Shown: one piece after another, positions 18,048-25,669 of the stretch
Position numbering within the stretch: the first letter of the stretch is position 1
How the letters are laid out: every line of letters begins with the position of its first letter
IMG/VR virus record: IMGVR_UViG_3300030492_000021
Span: 1-25,795 of that record
Source of the DNA: a virus
Lineage: Duplodnaviria > Caudoviricetes
Length of the DNA: 25,795 nt
Direction: 5' to 3' (one strand)
The notes under the pieces: generated by a model
What the model saw: only the letters and a program-made list of their open reading frames with translations
Database searches by the model: none
Told to the model about the DNA's origin: nothing
Translations under genes and position numbers: made by a program

Positions 18048-18620
18048 TTATTGATTTAATGCTGCGTATTCTGATTCTGTTATAGGAAGATAGGTATAAG
18101 CAGTATTAAATATTGGATATATAGCTTCGTAATCTTTAGATAGAAACAATGCTTTAATTTTAGTTTCAGCATCACGTAATACAGAGTTTGGAATATATGC
18201 TAAAATATTACCGTTAATGTCTTTTAGTACGCAGTTTTTAGCTTCTAAAAAATCAGTTGACAAAATCAAATTAGTAGTTTTAGAACCATCAATGTTTTCT
18301 TCATAATACAAAATATCGGAAGCCCACATTTTAAGCATTGGTGTAGTAGAAGTGGTGTCACGTTGCAAGCGGTCAAACATTCTTGAAGCAACGTTCCCAT
18401 TCGACATAACAAAATTCATTGTGAATGTTTGTTTTACAATTTCTAATGCAGTCAAATGCGCTTCGGTGGTATTTGTAGATTTCACTTTTTGGATAACTCC
18501 AACCGCCCCTTTTATATCCACTGTTGCAAGCGGTATAGTTTTAAATAATGTTGGTTCGTCTTTTGAGCCACACGAAGATAAAATGATTGCTACAAGAGCA
18601 ACGAATAAGATTTTTTTCAT
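18048..18620 (-). CDS. Lipoprotein moron (candidate superinfection-exclusion or lysogenic-conversion protein)
   Basis: Start moved to MKKILFVALVAIILSS-C (signal peptide plus lipobox), followed by GSKDEP; only well-supported gene on the minus strand of the prophage. Confidence 0.8.
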   Translation of the reverse strand: MKKILFVALVAIILSSCGSKDEPTLFKTIPLATVDIKGAVGVIQKVKSTNTTEAHLTALEIVKQTFTMNFVMSNGNVASRMFDRLQRDTTSTTPMLKMWASDILYYEENIDGSKTTNLILSTDFLEAKNCVLKDINGNILAYIPNSVLRDAETKIKALFLSKDYEAIYPIFNTAYTYLPITESEYAALNQ

Positions 18621-18646
18621 TTTGTTTTTTTGTTTTAGTATTTGCA

Positions 18647-18654
18647 CAAAGGTA
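18647..18654 (-). promoter_or_regulatory. Bacteroidota -7 promoter element (TACCTTTG) for the lipoprotein gene
   Basis: Exact TAnnTTTG match 26 nt upstream of the ATG at 18620. Confidence 0.7.
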
Positions 18655-18705
18655 GGCTTAATTTTATTCACTAACTATTATTTTAGTTATAATTTGAAAA
18701 ATATG

Positions 18706-18737
18706 TGATTGTATTACAATCAGTTTATGTACTTTTG
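18706..18737 (+). promoter_or_regulatory. Lysis-operon promoter with operator 3 (TGATTG-tatta-CAATCA, 18706-18722); -7 element TACTTTTG at 18730-18737
   Basis: Perfect palindrome TGATTGTA-T-TACAATCA; exact TAnnTTTG 21 nt upstream of ATG 18759. Confidence 0.75.
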
Positions 18738-18758
18738 TAGGTACTTAATTTAGATATA

Positions 18759-19226
18759 ATGAGTGAGCCTATCATAAAACCGAGGACTAGAAGAGTGAAC
18801 AACCCCGCTACCATTGAGGAAAACGTTGCCGAAGCAGTAAAAATAATTGCCGAAGCAGCCAAAGAAGCGGGCAAGCTAATTGCAAGTTCAGCAGAAGATG
18901 CAAAACGGGCCTTAGCCAATTCAGCCGAAGATTCAAGGAGAGCAATTGCGAGTGCAGCAGCCGAAGCAATGAAAGTGAGTAACGTACAAGGCTCAGGTGA
19001 CCATGATTTACTAATTGAGTTGAAAACATTAATGACTGTCATGCAAAGTACTGTGACAGAAATTAAAACAGGTACATCCTCACAAATATCAGACCATGAA
19101 CAACGGTTGAAGAAATGTGAGAATAAAAATGCAAACTACTTTATAGTACTAGGAATTTATACACTTGCGACTATTGCCCTGATAGGGTTAGTTGTAAGTC
19201 ACATGATTGTAAACCCGACAATATAA
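18759..19226 (+). CDS. Membrane-anchored coiled-coil protein in the lysis cassette
   Basis: Ala-rich 11-residue periodic repeats, DHE.RL motif, single C-terminal hydrophobic helix. Confidence 0.75.
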   Translation: MSEPIIKPRTRRVNNPATIEENVAEAVKIIAEAAKEAGKLIASSAEDAKRALANSAEDSRRAIASAAAEAMKVSNVQGSGDHDLLIELKTLMTVMQSTVTEIKTGTSSQISDHEQRLKKCENKNANYFIVLGIYTLATIALIGLVVSHMIVNPTI

Positions 19227-19477
19227 TGAAGAAGAAAAAGAATTTTTTCCAACGATTTTTTTCCTGGTCATCGACCCCCACAAAATATAAACGCAGAGCA
19301 ACGAGTTTTGCGCTTATGGCTACAACCTTTGCATCTGCTTTCGGAGCGGTGAAGGTACTAGGTATTGCAACCCCTGAGTACTTTGATTTATTCATTGGAT
19401 TTGTAGTTTTTCTATGCACTGCCATTGCAACATATTGTCAACAGAAAATCACTCCCGAAATACCAAAAGCAAAATGA
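19226..19477 (+). CDS. Holin (putative, 2 transmembrane segments)
   Basis: 83 aa, basic N-terminus, F..TPTK.K, two hydrophobic segments; coupled to the endolysin gene by ATGA overlap. Confidence 0.75.
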   Translation: MKKKKNFFQRFFSWSSTPTKYKRRATSFALMATTFASAFGAVKVLGIATPEYFDLFIGFVVFLCTAIATYCQQKITPEIPKAK

Positions 19478-19899
19478 AAATTAAACTAAACAGAGCTTAC
19501 CTTCCCGAATACACAGTAGGGAAAATGTTTATTGATGGTGTATATTTTTGTGACACATTCGAAGATGTAAACAGGGACTTAAACAAGGACGGTGATTTAA
19601 CCGATATTGGAGAGTCTAAAGTTTACGGTAAAACATGTATTCCGGTTGGAACGTATAAAGTAATCGTAAACATGTCGAATAGATTTAAACGCCTTTTACC
19701 GTTGCTTATCAATGTACCTTCATTTGATGGTATTCGTATTCATAACGGAATAGATGAAACATCTTCGAGTGGTTGCATTATCGTTGGCAAAAACACTATT
19801 GTGGGACAGCTAACCGATTCAAGAAAGTACATGAATTTACTTACTGACAAAATCACTTTGGCTCAAAAATCAGGAGCCGTAACAATTGAAATATCATGA
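19474..19899 (+). CDS. Endolysin, DUF5675-type peptidase (L,D-peptidase-like)
   Basis: YTVGKMFIDGVYFCDT.ED, TCIP.GTY, VP.FDGIRIHNG....SSGCIIVG (His/Cys motif); start moved to ATG 19474. Confidence 0.85.
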   Translation: MKIKLNRAYLPEYTVGKMFIDGVYFCDTFEDVNRDLNKDGDLTDIGESKVYGKTCIPVGTYKVIVNMSNRFKRLLPLLINVPSFDGIRIHNGIDETSSSGCIIVGKNTIVGQLTDSRKYMNLLTDKITLAQKSGAVTIEIS

Positions 19900-20483
19900 A
19901 AGAAAAATTATTGAAGTATTGGAAAGATGCCTTAATTGGGCTATTGATTTTGTTTATCGCAGTCAGTGGAATTATTTCTAACTGTACCGGCAAAGCTATT
20001 GAAAAAACATTTACTCAGGCAAATGTAGATTCTCAGTTGAATAAACAGGGAACTGATCTAAAAGAAAAATACTTGACGGCAAACGGTGAAACACTAAAAG
20101 CTTTGCAAGTGGCTGAAAAGAAAATCAGTGACGGTCTAAAACCGCAGATAATTATAAAATCGGCAAAGGCTGAGAAGTTAGTCGAAAAGGCTAGGAAAGA
20201 TACTAATACAACGGCTTTATGTGATAGCGCACTGAATGCACAAGAAACACTTATCTTTGATATAGGGCTAAAGGCACACAGCGATTCGCTACAGCTTAAT
20301 TTATGCGAAAGGCAATCACTTATCAAGGATTCACTCAATACGGTCTTTAAAAAGGCTTACAGTGGAGAAATGAAGATTAATTCCGATTTGAATACCGCTT
20401 TAATCAAAGCAAACAAAGGAAAAAATACAAAGTGGTATTTCCTCGGAGCAGGAGCGTTACTCACTTTCTTTATTATAAAGTAA
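19896..20483 (+). CDS. Spanin-like membrane protein (putative)
   Basis: Last lysis gene; N-terminal hydrophobic segment ending IISN-C, coiled-coil middle, C-terminal hydrophobic segment. Confidence 0.6.
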   Translation: MKEKLLKYWKDALIGLLILFIAVSGIISNCTGKAIEKTFTQANVDSQLNKQGTDLKEKYLTANGETLKALQVAEKKISDGLKPQIIIKSAKAEKLVEKARKDTNTTALCDSALNAQETLIFDIGLKAHSDSLQLNLCERQSLIKDSLNTVFKKAYSGEMKINSDLNTALIKANKGKNTKWYFLGAGALLTFFIIK

Positions 20484-20522
20484 TTTTTTTGCTGTTTTAT
20501 ATTGTTTAATTTGTTCTGATAG

Positions 20523-20554
20523 ATAGCCGAGCTTGTGAAAGTCCGGCTATTTTT
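20523..20554 (+). terminator. Rho-independent terminator after the lysis cassette
   Basis: ATAGCCG...CTT-gtga-AAG...CGGCTAT stem followed by TTTT. Confidence 0.75.
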
Positions 20555-20649
20555 GTGTTTTGGCGGGTATGTTTCCACGTTATTGATTGGTAACTAATCA
20601 GTTACGAATAGTTATTAAACATTAATTCAGTGAAATTAAATTGTAAATG

Positions 20650-20682
20650 TGATTGCATTACAATCATTTCGGAGTATCTTTA
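20650..20682 (+). promoter_or_regulatory. Accessory-operon promoter with operator 4 (TGATTG-catta-CAATCA, 20650-20666); -7-like TATCTTTA at 20675-20682
   Basis: 17-mer identical to operator 2; same 19-nt spacing from TTG to the -7-like element. Confidence 0.72.
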
Positions 20683-20718
20683 CATATCGAAACAAACAAA
20701 CAATTAAACACAGCATTT

Positions 20719-21039
20719 ATGGACAAATTAGCAAGTACCTCGAAAGTCACAATGGCAACATTGAAATCATTTGCAAAAAGAAACGAAACCGGACTATTTG
20801 TAAAAGAAGAAAGTTCGTTTGACGGAATGGTTGATTGCGTAATGGAATTGAAAGGTAGTAAATTCATTCCTACCGTAATAAATGAAAAAACGAATTATTG
20901 GAAACTAGGGATTGAAGGTATTTATACAGTCGGTTCAAGTCGGGACCGTTTCCAAAAATATGAAGATGAAAAGTTTGTTGGTATTCAGGTGACGAACTCT
21001 TGTGGTAGAAGTATTTTAGCAATTAAGAAACAAGCATAA
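20719..21039 (+). CDS. Phage hypothetical protein
   Basis: Start moved to ATG 20719, downstream of the promoter; motifs T.ATLKSF, SSFDGM.DCV, VG.SRD.F, NSCG..ILA. Confidence 0.8.
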   Translation: MDKLASTSKVTMATLKSFAKRNETGLFVKEESSFDGMVDCVMELKGSKFIPTVINEKTNYWKLGIEGIYTVGSSRDRFQKYEDEKFVGIQVTNSCGRSILAIKKQA

Positions 21040-21061
21040 AAACAAGCAAAAAATAGAACAA

Positions 21062-21973
21062 ATGGAAACAACTTATTTATCGCATTTAAAAGAAACAGCT
21101 TACAGGGCATTTTATTGGACTTCAATGAGCCCTGATGTCAGAGGGAAACAGTGTATTGACGAACATGAATCACAGCTGAGTGATGACATTAAATCTATCC
21201 CAAGTTCGGAGCATGAAAGATATATTGCAAAATATGTAGAACTATTCTCTAAATGGCTGAATGCTCATTCAAGGTGTGCAAGTTCTGCAGTAACAGGTGG
21301 CTCAGGTTTCAATGTTAGAAGAGCTGAGAAAGCAAACAACAGTGAGCGTAATGCTTATAAAAACTTTGACGAGTGGAGAGCCAATGCAATGAAATCTATT
21401 GAAAAACGTATCGAGAAAAACAAGCCCGAAGCACAAAAGAAATCAGAAGCATGGCAGCAATTAGAAAAAAACATTTTGCATTCTGCAGCAGTAATTCATG
21501 GAATAAATAAAGGGATTGAAAGAGGTAGCAGTAAAGCTCTTTTTGTCAGTTCAATTTATCAAAAGACTGAAACGTTCGCTAAGAAAGGGGACTTTGAAAC
21601 TGTTCAGCTAGCAATTGACTGCATTCGCAACTTTAACGAAACAATGTCAGTGGTTATCACCGAAAGACACAAGTTTTTCAAGTTAGCTGAAAAGGCCGAA
21701 GCTAAAAAAGAAAGTATTGAGGAACGTTCACAAAGGGAAAATCAAGAGCTTTTGATAGTTGGCGGTAAGGTTATCTACAATTACGAAATTGATAGATTGC
21801 AACTTGAATTTGACGAAAAGCCTTCCTATAGTATTATTCAAGAATTAAAAAGTCATGCGTTCAAATGGGCTCCGTCCACCGGAGTTTGGCAAAGACAATT
21901 GACCGGAAATGCAGTTTATTCGACTAAGCTATTTTTGAAGAGTAACAATTTATTTATACCCAAAGCAGTATGA
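21062..21973 (+). CDS. DUF3560-like protein of mobile elements
   Basis: C-terminal RLQL.FDEKP......LK..AFKWAPS.GVWQRQLT.NA and internal AS..VTG.S.F motifs recalled from DUF3560-type proteins of plasmids, ICEs and phages. Confidence 0.65.
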   Translation: METTYLSHLKETAYRAFYWTSMSPDVRGKQCIDEHESQLSDDIKSIPSSEHERYIAKYVELFSKWLNAHSRCASSAVTGGSGFNVRRAEKANNSERNAYKNFDEWRANAMKSIEKRIEKNKPEAQKKSEAWQQLEKNILHSAAVIHGINKGIERGSSKALFVSSIYQKTETFAKKGDFETVQLAIDCIRNFNETMSVVITERHKFFKLAEKAEAKKESIEERSQRENQELLIVGGKVIYNYEIDRLQLEFDEKPSYSIIQELKSHAFKWAPSTGVWQRQLTGNAVYSTKLFLKSNNLFIPKAV

Positions 21974-23793
21974 AATTAAATAAGCAAAAAAATGATATTG
22001 CTGAACAGGTAGATGATGGCTACAGTAAAGGCGAAAAATTCTTTTATTATAGTGGAAGCGAAACAATTGTATTTGTTTATAATAGAACCGAGGAACATGG
22101 TCTAGTTGGAGTTTTGTACGAGGACATAGATGCTACAATATTACACAGATACAATTACAGCAGAACTAACGAATTTGCTATTGAAAATTGTTATAAACAT
22201 AAACTCGTAAAGATAGTATTTGAGGATGAAGAACTTCTGAATAGCTTAGCTGAGCGTTCAATGAATGGTGAGGATGTATTGGCTGAATATATGGAAGCCG
22301 TTGCAGATGTGTCCGAGAATAACGAGTTCGCCCTTGTTTCAACTAGGAGTAAGGCAAATTTAGAGGGCATGAAAATCAGTGCCGAGATTGCAGAGGCTAA
22401 AGTCAGGAATATTCAGAGGGCTGTTCAAATGAAAATTGAACAGAAAAAGAACGAAATGGATATTATCAGACGGCAGTTTGAAACTCAATTGGCAGTTATC
22501 CAAAAACAAATGAAAAGGATCGGTCGTGTTATAGGCATGATAGAGTTATATGCCGGAATATCTGAGGAATTAGTTTGTTTAAAAGAGGGAGTCAAAGCCC
22601 CTGACGATGCTCCAATACATGTTCGTCAAATGACATTATACATGGACGAGGAATATGGGGACTATCACAATGATGGTCTTGATATAAATAAAATCCATGT
22701 ATTTGATGAATGGCTCGTTTCAGAAGCATATAAGGAACTTTTGCCTAACGATAAGTGCGTTGTATCATTCAGACCGAGAAGATACAAAAAAGAGTACCAT
22801 GATGCAAGATTAACTGCAGAAATGGAACGGCTAAATAGAATGTGTTTCATCTATATGCGAAATGGTGAAAATATATACTGTGTTCAAACCGACCACCTAT
22901 ACATCATTGACCAACTAATCCCTAGTAAGGACGAGGCTCAAAACATTCAGGAACAGGTAGATAAGGCAACCTTTAAAAAACAAGAACAAGAGGCACAAGA
23001 GGAATTTACTTACAAATACATGCGTATTGGTATATTCTTGCAAGGTATTTTGGATAGAACCGAGATATTCAGCCCTATTCCGCTAGGTGTATCAATTTTC
23101 GACACGGATAAATCAGGGGACTTTATTAAATTCGTCTACGATAATGATAATGTGCTTACCAATGGAATAATTTCTTTCAATGAATGGAAAAAACAAACCT
23201 CGGAATTAATTCAAGAGGGCAGCAGAGTTCTTTTAGTTGGACATTTTTCGAGAAAGGATTACAAGGATAGACTCGTTAGATATTATTCGAATGAATGGTC
23301 AATTCCCGACATGCCGAATACTGATATTTATACAGTTGAAATGACAGATTATAACCCAAACTCATACAGAGATAAGTCGAAATGCCTGTGCATAAAGTAT
23401 CAGGCAGGGGGTGAGGTTTATAGTTGGGGCAGGGGTGGCACAGAACGTAAGAATAAACTAACATTTGTTATCTATCCTAGCGATTCATTTATATTTAATT
23501 ACGACCAACTGGATATTAATCTGATTGACTACTATCTAAAAGATAGAGTAAACAGAAAGAATTACTTAGGAATGATGCCTATCCTCAAAAACATTAGAAA
23601 ACTCCTAGTTATCGAACAAGAAAAGGAACATCAATTTGCCTTAATGCTACAAGGTGAGACAGGTAAATCACTTGAAAAAATTTCCGAAGCAGTTGAATGG
23701 TGGAAGTACAAAAACAAATGGAAACGGTACATTAATTCAGACGATGCAAAAGCCTACAGAATGATTAAATCAAAATTAGAAAAACAAAAATGA
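21970..23793 (+). CDS. Large uncharacterised phage/plasmid protein (607 aa) with central coiled coil
   Basis: ATGA overlap; coiled coil then ELYAG..EE...L.EG..AP.D.P.H.RQ..LYMDEE; C-terminal VEWWKYKNKWKR. Confidence 0.85.
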   Translation: MKLNKQKNDIAEQVDDGYSKGEKFFYYSGSETIVFVYNRTEEHGLVGVLYEDIDATILHRYNYSRTNEFAIENCYKHKLVKIVFEDEELLNSLAERSMNGEDVLAEYMEAVADVSENNEFALVSTRSKANLEGMKISAEIAEAKVRNIQRAVQMKIEQKKNEMDIIRRQFETQLAVIQKQMKRIGRVIGMIELYAGISEELVCLKEGVKAPDDAPIHVRQMTLYMDEEYGDYHNDGLDINKIHVFDEWLVSEAYKELLPNDKCVVSFRPRRYKKEYHDARLTAEMERLNRMCFIYMRNGENIYCVQTDHLYIIDQLIPSKDEAQNIQEQVDKATFKKQEQEAQEEFTYKYMRIGIFLQGILDRTEIFSPIPLGVSIFDTDKSGDFIKFVYDNDNVLTNGIISFNEWKKQTSELIQEGSRVLLVGHFSRKDYKDRLVRYYSNEWSIPDMPNTDIYTVEMTDYNPNSYRDKSKCLCIKYQAGGEVYSWGRGGTERKNKLTFVIYPSDSFIFNYDQLDINLIDYYLKDRVNRKNYLGMMPILKNIRKLLVIEQEKEHQFALMLQGETGKSLEKISEAVEWWKYKNKWKRYINSDDAKAYRMIKSKLEKQK

Positions 23794-23999
23794 ACGAGCC
23801 ATCAAGAGGTGATTTAAAAAGATTGAAGTCATTGCAAAGTATGACAGAAAAAATAATCTCAGGTTTATCGGGATTGACAAATACTACTCAGGAATTTTTA
23901 CGGACAGAGTTTGTCGGGGAAACGAGCATTCATTTAAGAAAATTTGAGCAGAATATCAGAGATACAGTCGAGTTAATTAAAACCCCTAAAGTGAAGTAA
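23790..23999 (+). CDS. Hypothetical protein (69 aa)
   Basis: ATGA overlap upstream; next gene starts 1 nt after its stop. Confidence 0.7.
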   Translation: MNEPSRGDLKRLKSLQSMTEKIISGLSGLTNTTQEFLRTEFVGETSIHLRKFEQNIRDTVELIKTPKVK

Positions 24000-24000
24000 T

Positions 24001-24612
24001 ATGAACTTCATGGACAAAACAAAATACCAAAAACTAGCCGAAATTCAGAGCAGTAATTGGTGCAGGGCCGAAAGGCATGCTGTTGCAGTTTACTTGAATG
24101 CTCTAAGAAAGAATGATATTGAAACGCTCAAAGAATACGAGCGTTTCGGTATTTCCTTTCACAAAATCCTATCCAATAAAAGGACGTTTGACAGGGCTAT
24201 TCTATTTGGCATACACGATCTTGAATTTGATGATTGCGGTTGGCTTAAATGTGGGAAACTTTTCGGATTGAGGAAAATTGAGTTTACTACAGAAAAAGGA
24301 AGTTCGCGAACTAATTATATTGAGATTGGACACGGAAACAATGGAACATGGGCGTATGGTATCAACTACTCTACAGGCTCGGCAGGTGGTGGCTATCGCT
24401 GCGACATTTGGAGTGACTTATACAACTCAGAGAAAGAAGTTATTCAAGCAGGATTGAAAGAGCTACTGAGAAGGCACAGTGAAGCGAAAGAGAGCATGTG
24501 GAAAAAAGACACCTGCGGGAATTACAAACACGACTATTCTCAGAAAATAGTAAAATTGATTGAACAAGAATTGAACGGTTTTCGTCAGCCGGTTCAGTTG
24601 GAATTATTTTAA
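24001..24612 (+). CDS. Hypothetical protein ending in QLELF
   Basis: 203-aa ORF tightly packed in the operon; C-terminus matches the QLxLF clamp-binding consensus. Confidence 0.8.
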   Translation: MNFMDKTKYQKLAEIQSSNWCRAERHAVAVYLNALRKNDIETLKEYERFGISFHKILSNKRTFDRAILFGIHDLEFDDCGWLKCGKLFGLRKIEFTTEKGSSRTNYIEIGHGNNGTWAYGINYSTGSAGGGYRCDIWSDLYNSEKEVIQAGLKELLRRHSEAKESMWKKDTCGNYKHDYSQKIVKLIEQELNGFRQPVQLELF

Positions 24613-24622
24613 TAAAAAATTA

Positions 24623-24630
24623 TATCTTTG
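24623..24630 (+). promoter_or_regulatory. Bacteroidota -7 element (TATCTTTG) for the last three ORFs
   Basis: Exact TAnnTTTG 14 nt upstream of ATG 24645; no operator palindrome nearby. Confidence 0.6.
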
Positions 24631-24644
24631 TAAAAAATTAAATT

Positions 24645-24941
24645 ATGGGAGAGATAACTGAAAAAATAATCATTGACATTTGTACTTATTATAGAATTGG
24701 CACTTATGGCTTATTGGAAATTGCAAAACAGAGTAGCATTACTGGGTTTGTTACATTGAAAGAGATTCAATTTATTGATGGCATTGGTATCCCATTTTCA
24801 CCAATTTGTAGAAACGTCCTTAAACATTCAGTATGTAATGCTGATGATATTATACTGAACAGCGAGATAACATACTCAGATTTAATGATAATTTTAGGGA
24901 TAGTTTCTCAGGATTGTCTTTTGAGGAAACAAGGTAAATAA
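24645..24941 (+). CDS. Hypothetical protein (98 aa)
   Basis: ATG in A/T-rich context downstream of the predicted promoter. Confidence 0.65.
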   Translation: MGEITEKIIIDICTYYRIGTYGLLEIAKQSSITGFVTLKEIQFIDGIGIPFSPICRNVLKHSVCNADDIILNSEITYSDLMIILGIVSQDCLLRKQGK

Positions 24942-24950
24942 AATTACAGC

Positions 24951-25217
24951 ATGGAACAGCAAAAAGAAATGTTATCATTTGAGATACTAGAATTTCGGTA
25001 CAATTTTGTCATTAAGTATAATTTCCAAATTGAAGGACAATTATTATTCGAAAGAAGTGATTACAAGGTAGGCAGATTTTGGATTCTGATGAATGGGGGA
25101 AGATATTGGCTTATGCAAAATAATATCGTAACAAAAGAAATTTTCACCGTATGCGACCTAGAAGATTCATATTTTGAATTAACAGGGGAAAAAATAGAGA
25201 GGAGTTTAGTATTATGA
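24951..25217 (+). CDS. Hypothetical protein (88 aa)
   Basis: Tight packing; C-terminal TV.DLE..YF.LTGE.. pattern common in Bacteroidota phage ORFs. Confidence 0.7.
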   Translation: MEQQKEMLSFEILEFRYNFVIKYNFQIEGQLLFERSDYKVGRFWILMNGGRYWLMQNNIVTKEIFTVCDLEDSYFELTGEKIERSLVL

Positions 25218-25567
25218 AGGCAACAACAGAAACATTGGGCGAACACTCGTTTGATAAATGCAGAGTAATGGTTTTGCTCAAAAGAGGGAATTTTGCTTGC
25301 TATGAATTTGAATACTCAGAAACGTTTGATATTCTAAAGTTATTGAGAGAAATAGATTACGAACATCAAAACAATGGACATTGTGCAAAAGTGGTATTTG
25401 TCCCTGCAGCAGTTATTCTAATGATAAGTGCTTTATATGGAAGTTTGATTACAATGGAAAAGAATGTTATAGTACCAACAATTTTGGAACAAATAGGTAT
25501 TTTCGAAGGTGCAACTTTTGTTGGTTACAATCCAAAAATACATGTTCCAAAAATAGAGCTAAGTTGA
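25214..25567 (+). CDS. Hypothetical protein (117 aa)
   Basis: ATGA overlap with the previous gene; last ORF before the attachment region. Confidence 0.6.
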   Translation: MKATTETLGEHSFDKCRVMVLLKRGNFACYEFEYSETFDILKLLREIDYEHQNNGHCAKVVFVPAAVILMISALYGSLITMEKNVIVPTILEQIGIFEGATFVGYNPKIHVPKIELS

Positions 25568-25623
25568 GTTAAAAAGGCTAGGATTTGAACAGATGGACAT
25601 TTGGTGGACAAAAACAAGATACT

Positions 25624-25664
25624 AAAAAAGCTAATCAACTGATAATTCAGTGATTAGCTTTTTT
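25624..25664. terminator. Bidirectional terminator between the prophage ORFs and the tRNA 3' end
   Basis: AAAAAAGCTAATCA (25624-25637) pairs with TGATTAGCTTTTTT (25651-25664); inner CTGA/TCAG stem. Confidence 0.8.
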
Positions 25665-25669
25665 GTTTG

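Larger units (their letters stand above)
1..25669 (+). mobile_element. Prophage (siphovirus-like, Bacteroidota host), right-hand part; left end lies outside the window
   Basis: Co-oriented head-neck-tail-lysis gene order with tape measure and HNH genes; region ends directly at the 3' end of a tRNA gene. Confidence 0.93.

Noticed and set aside
1-25567. Stop-codon reassignment as seen in some Bacteroidota phages
   Set aside because: The standard code gives dense, tightly coupled, full-length genes throughout
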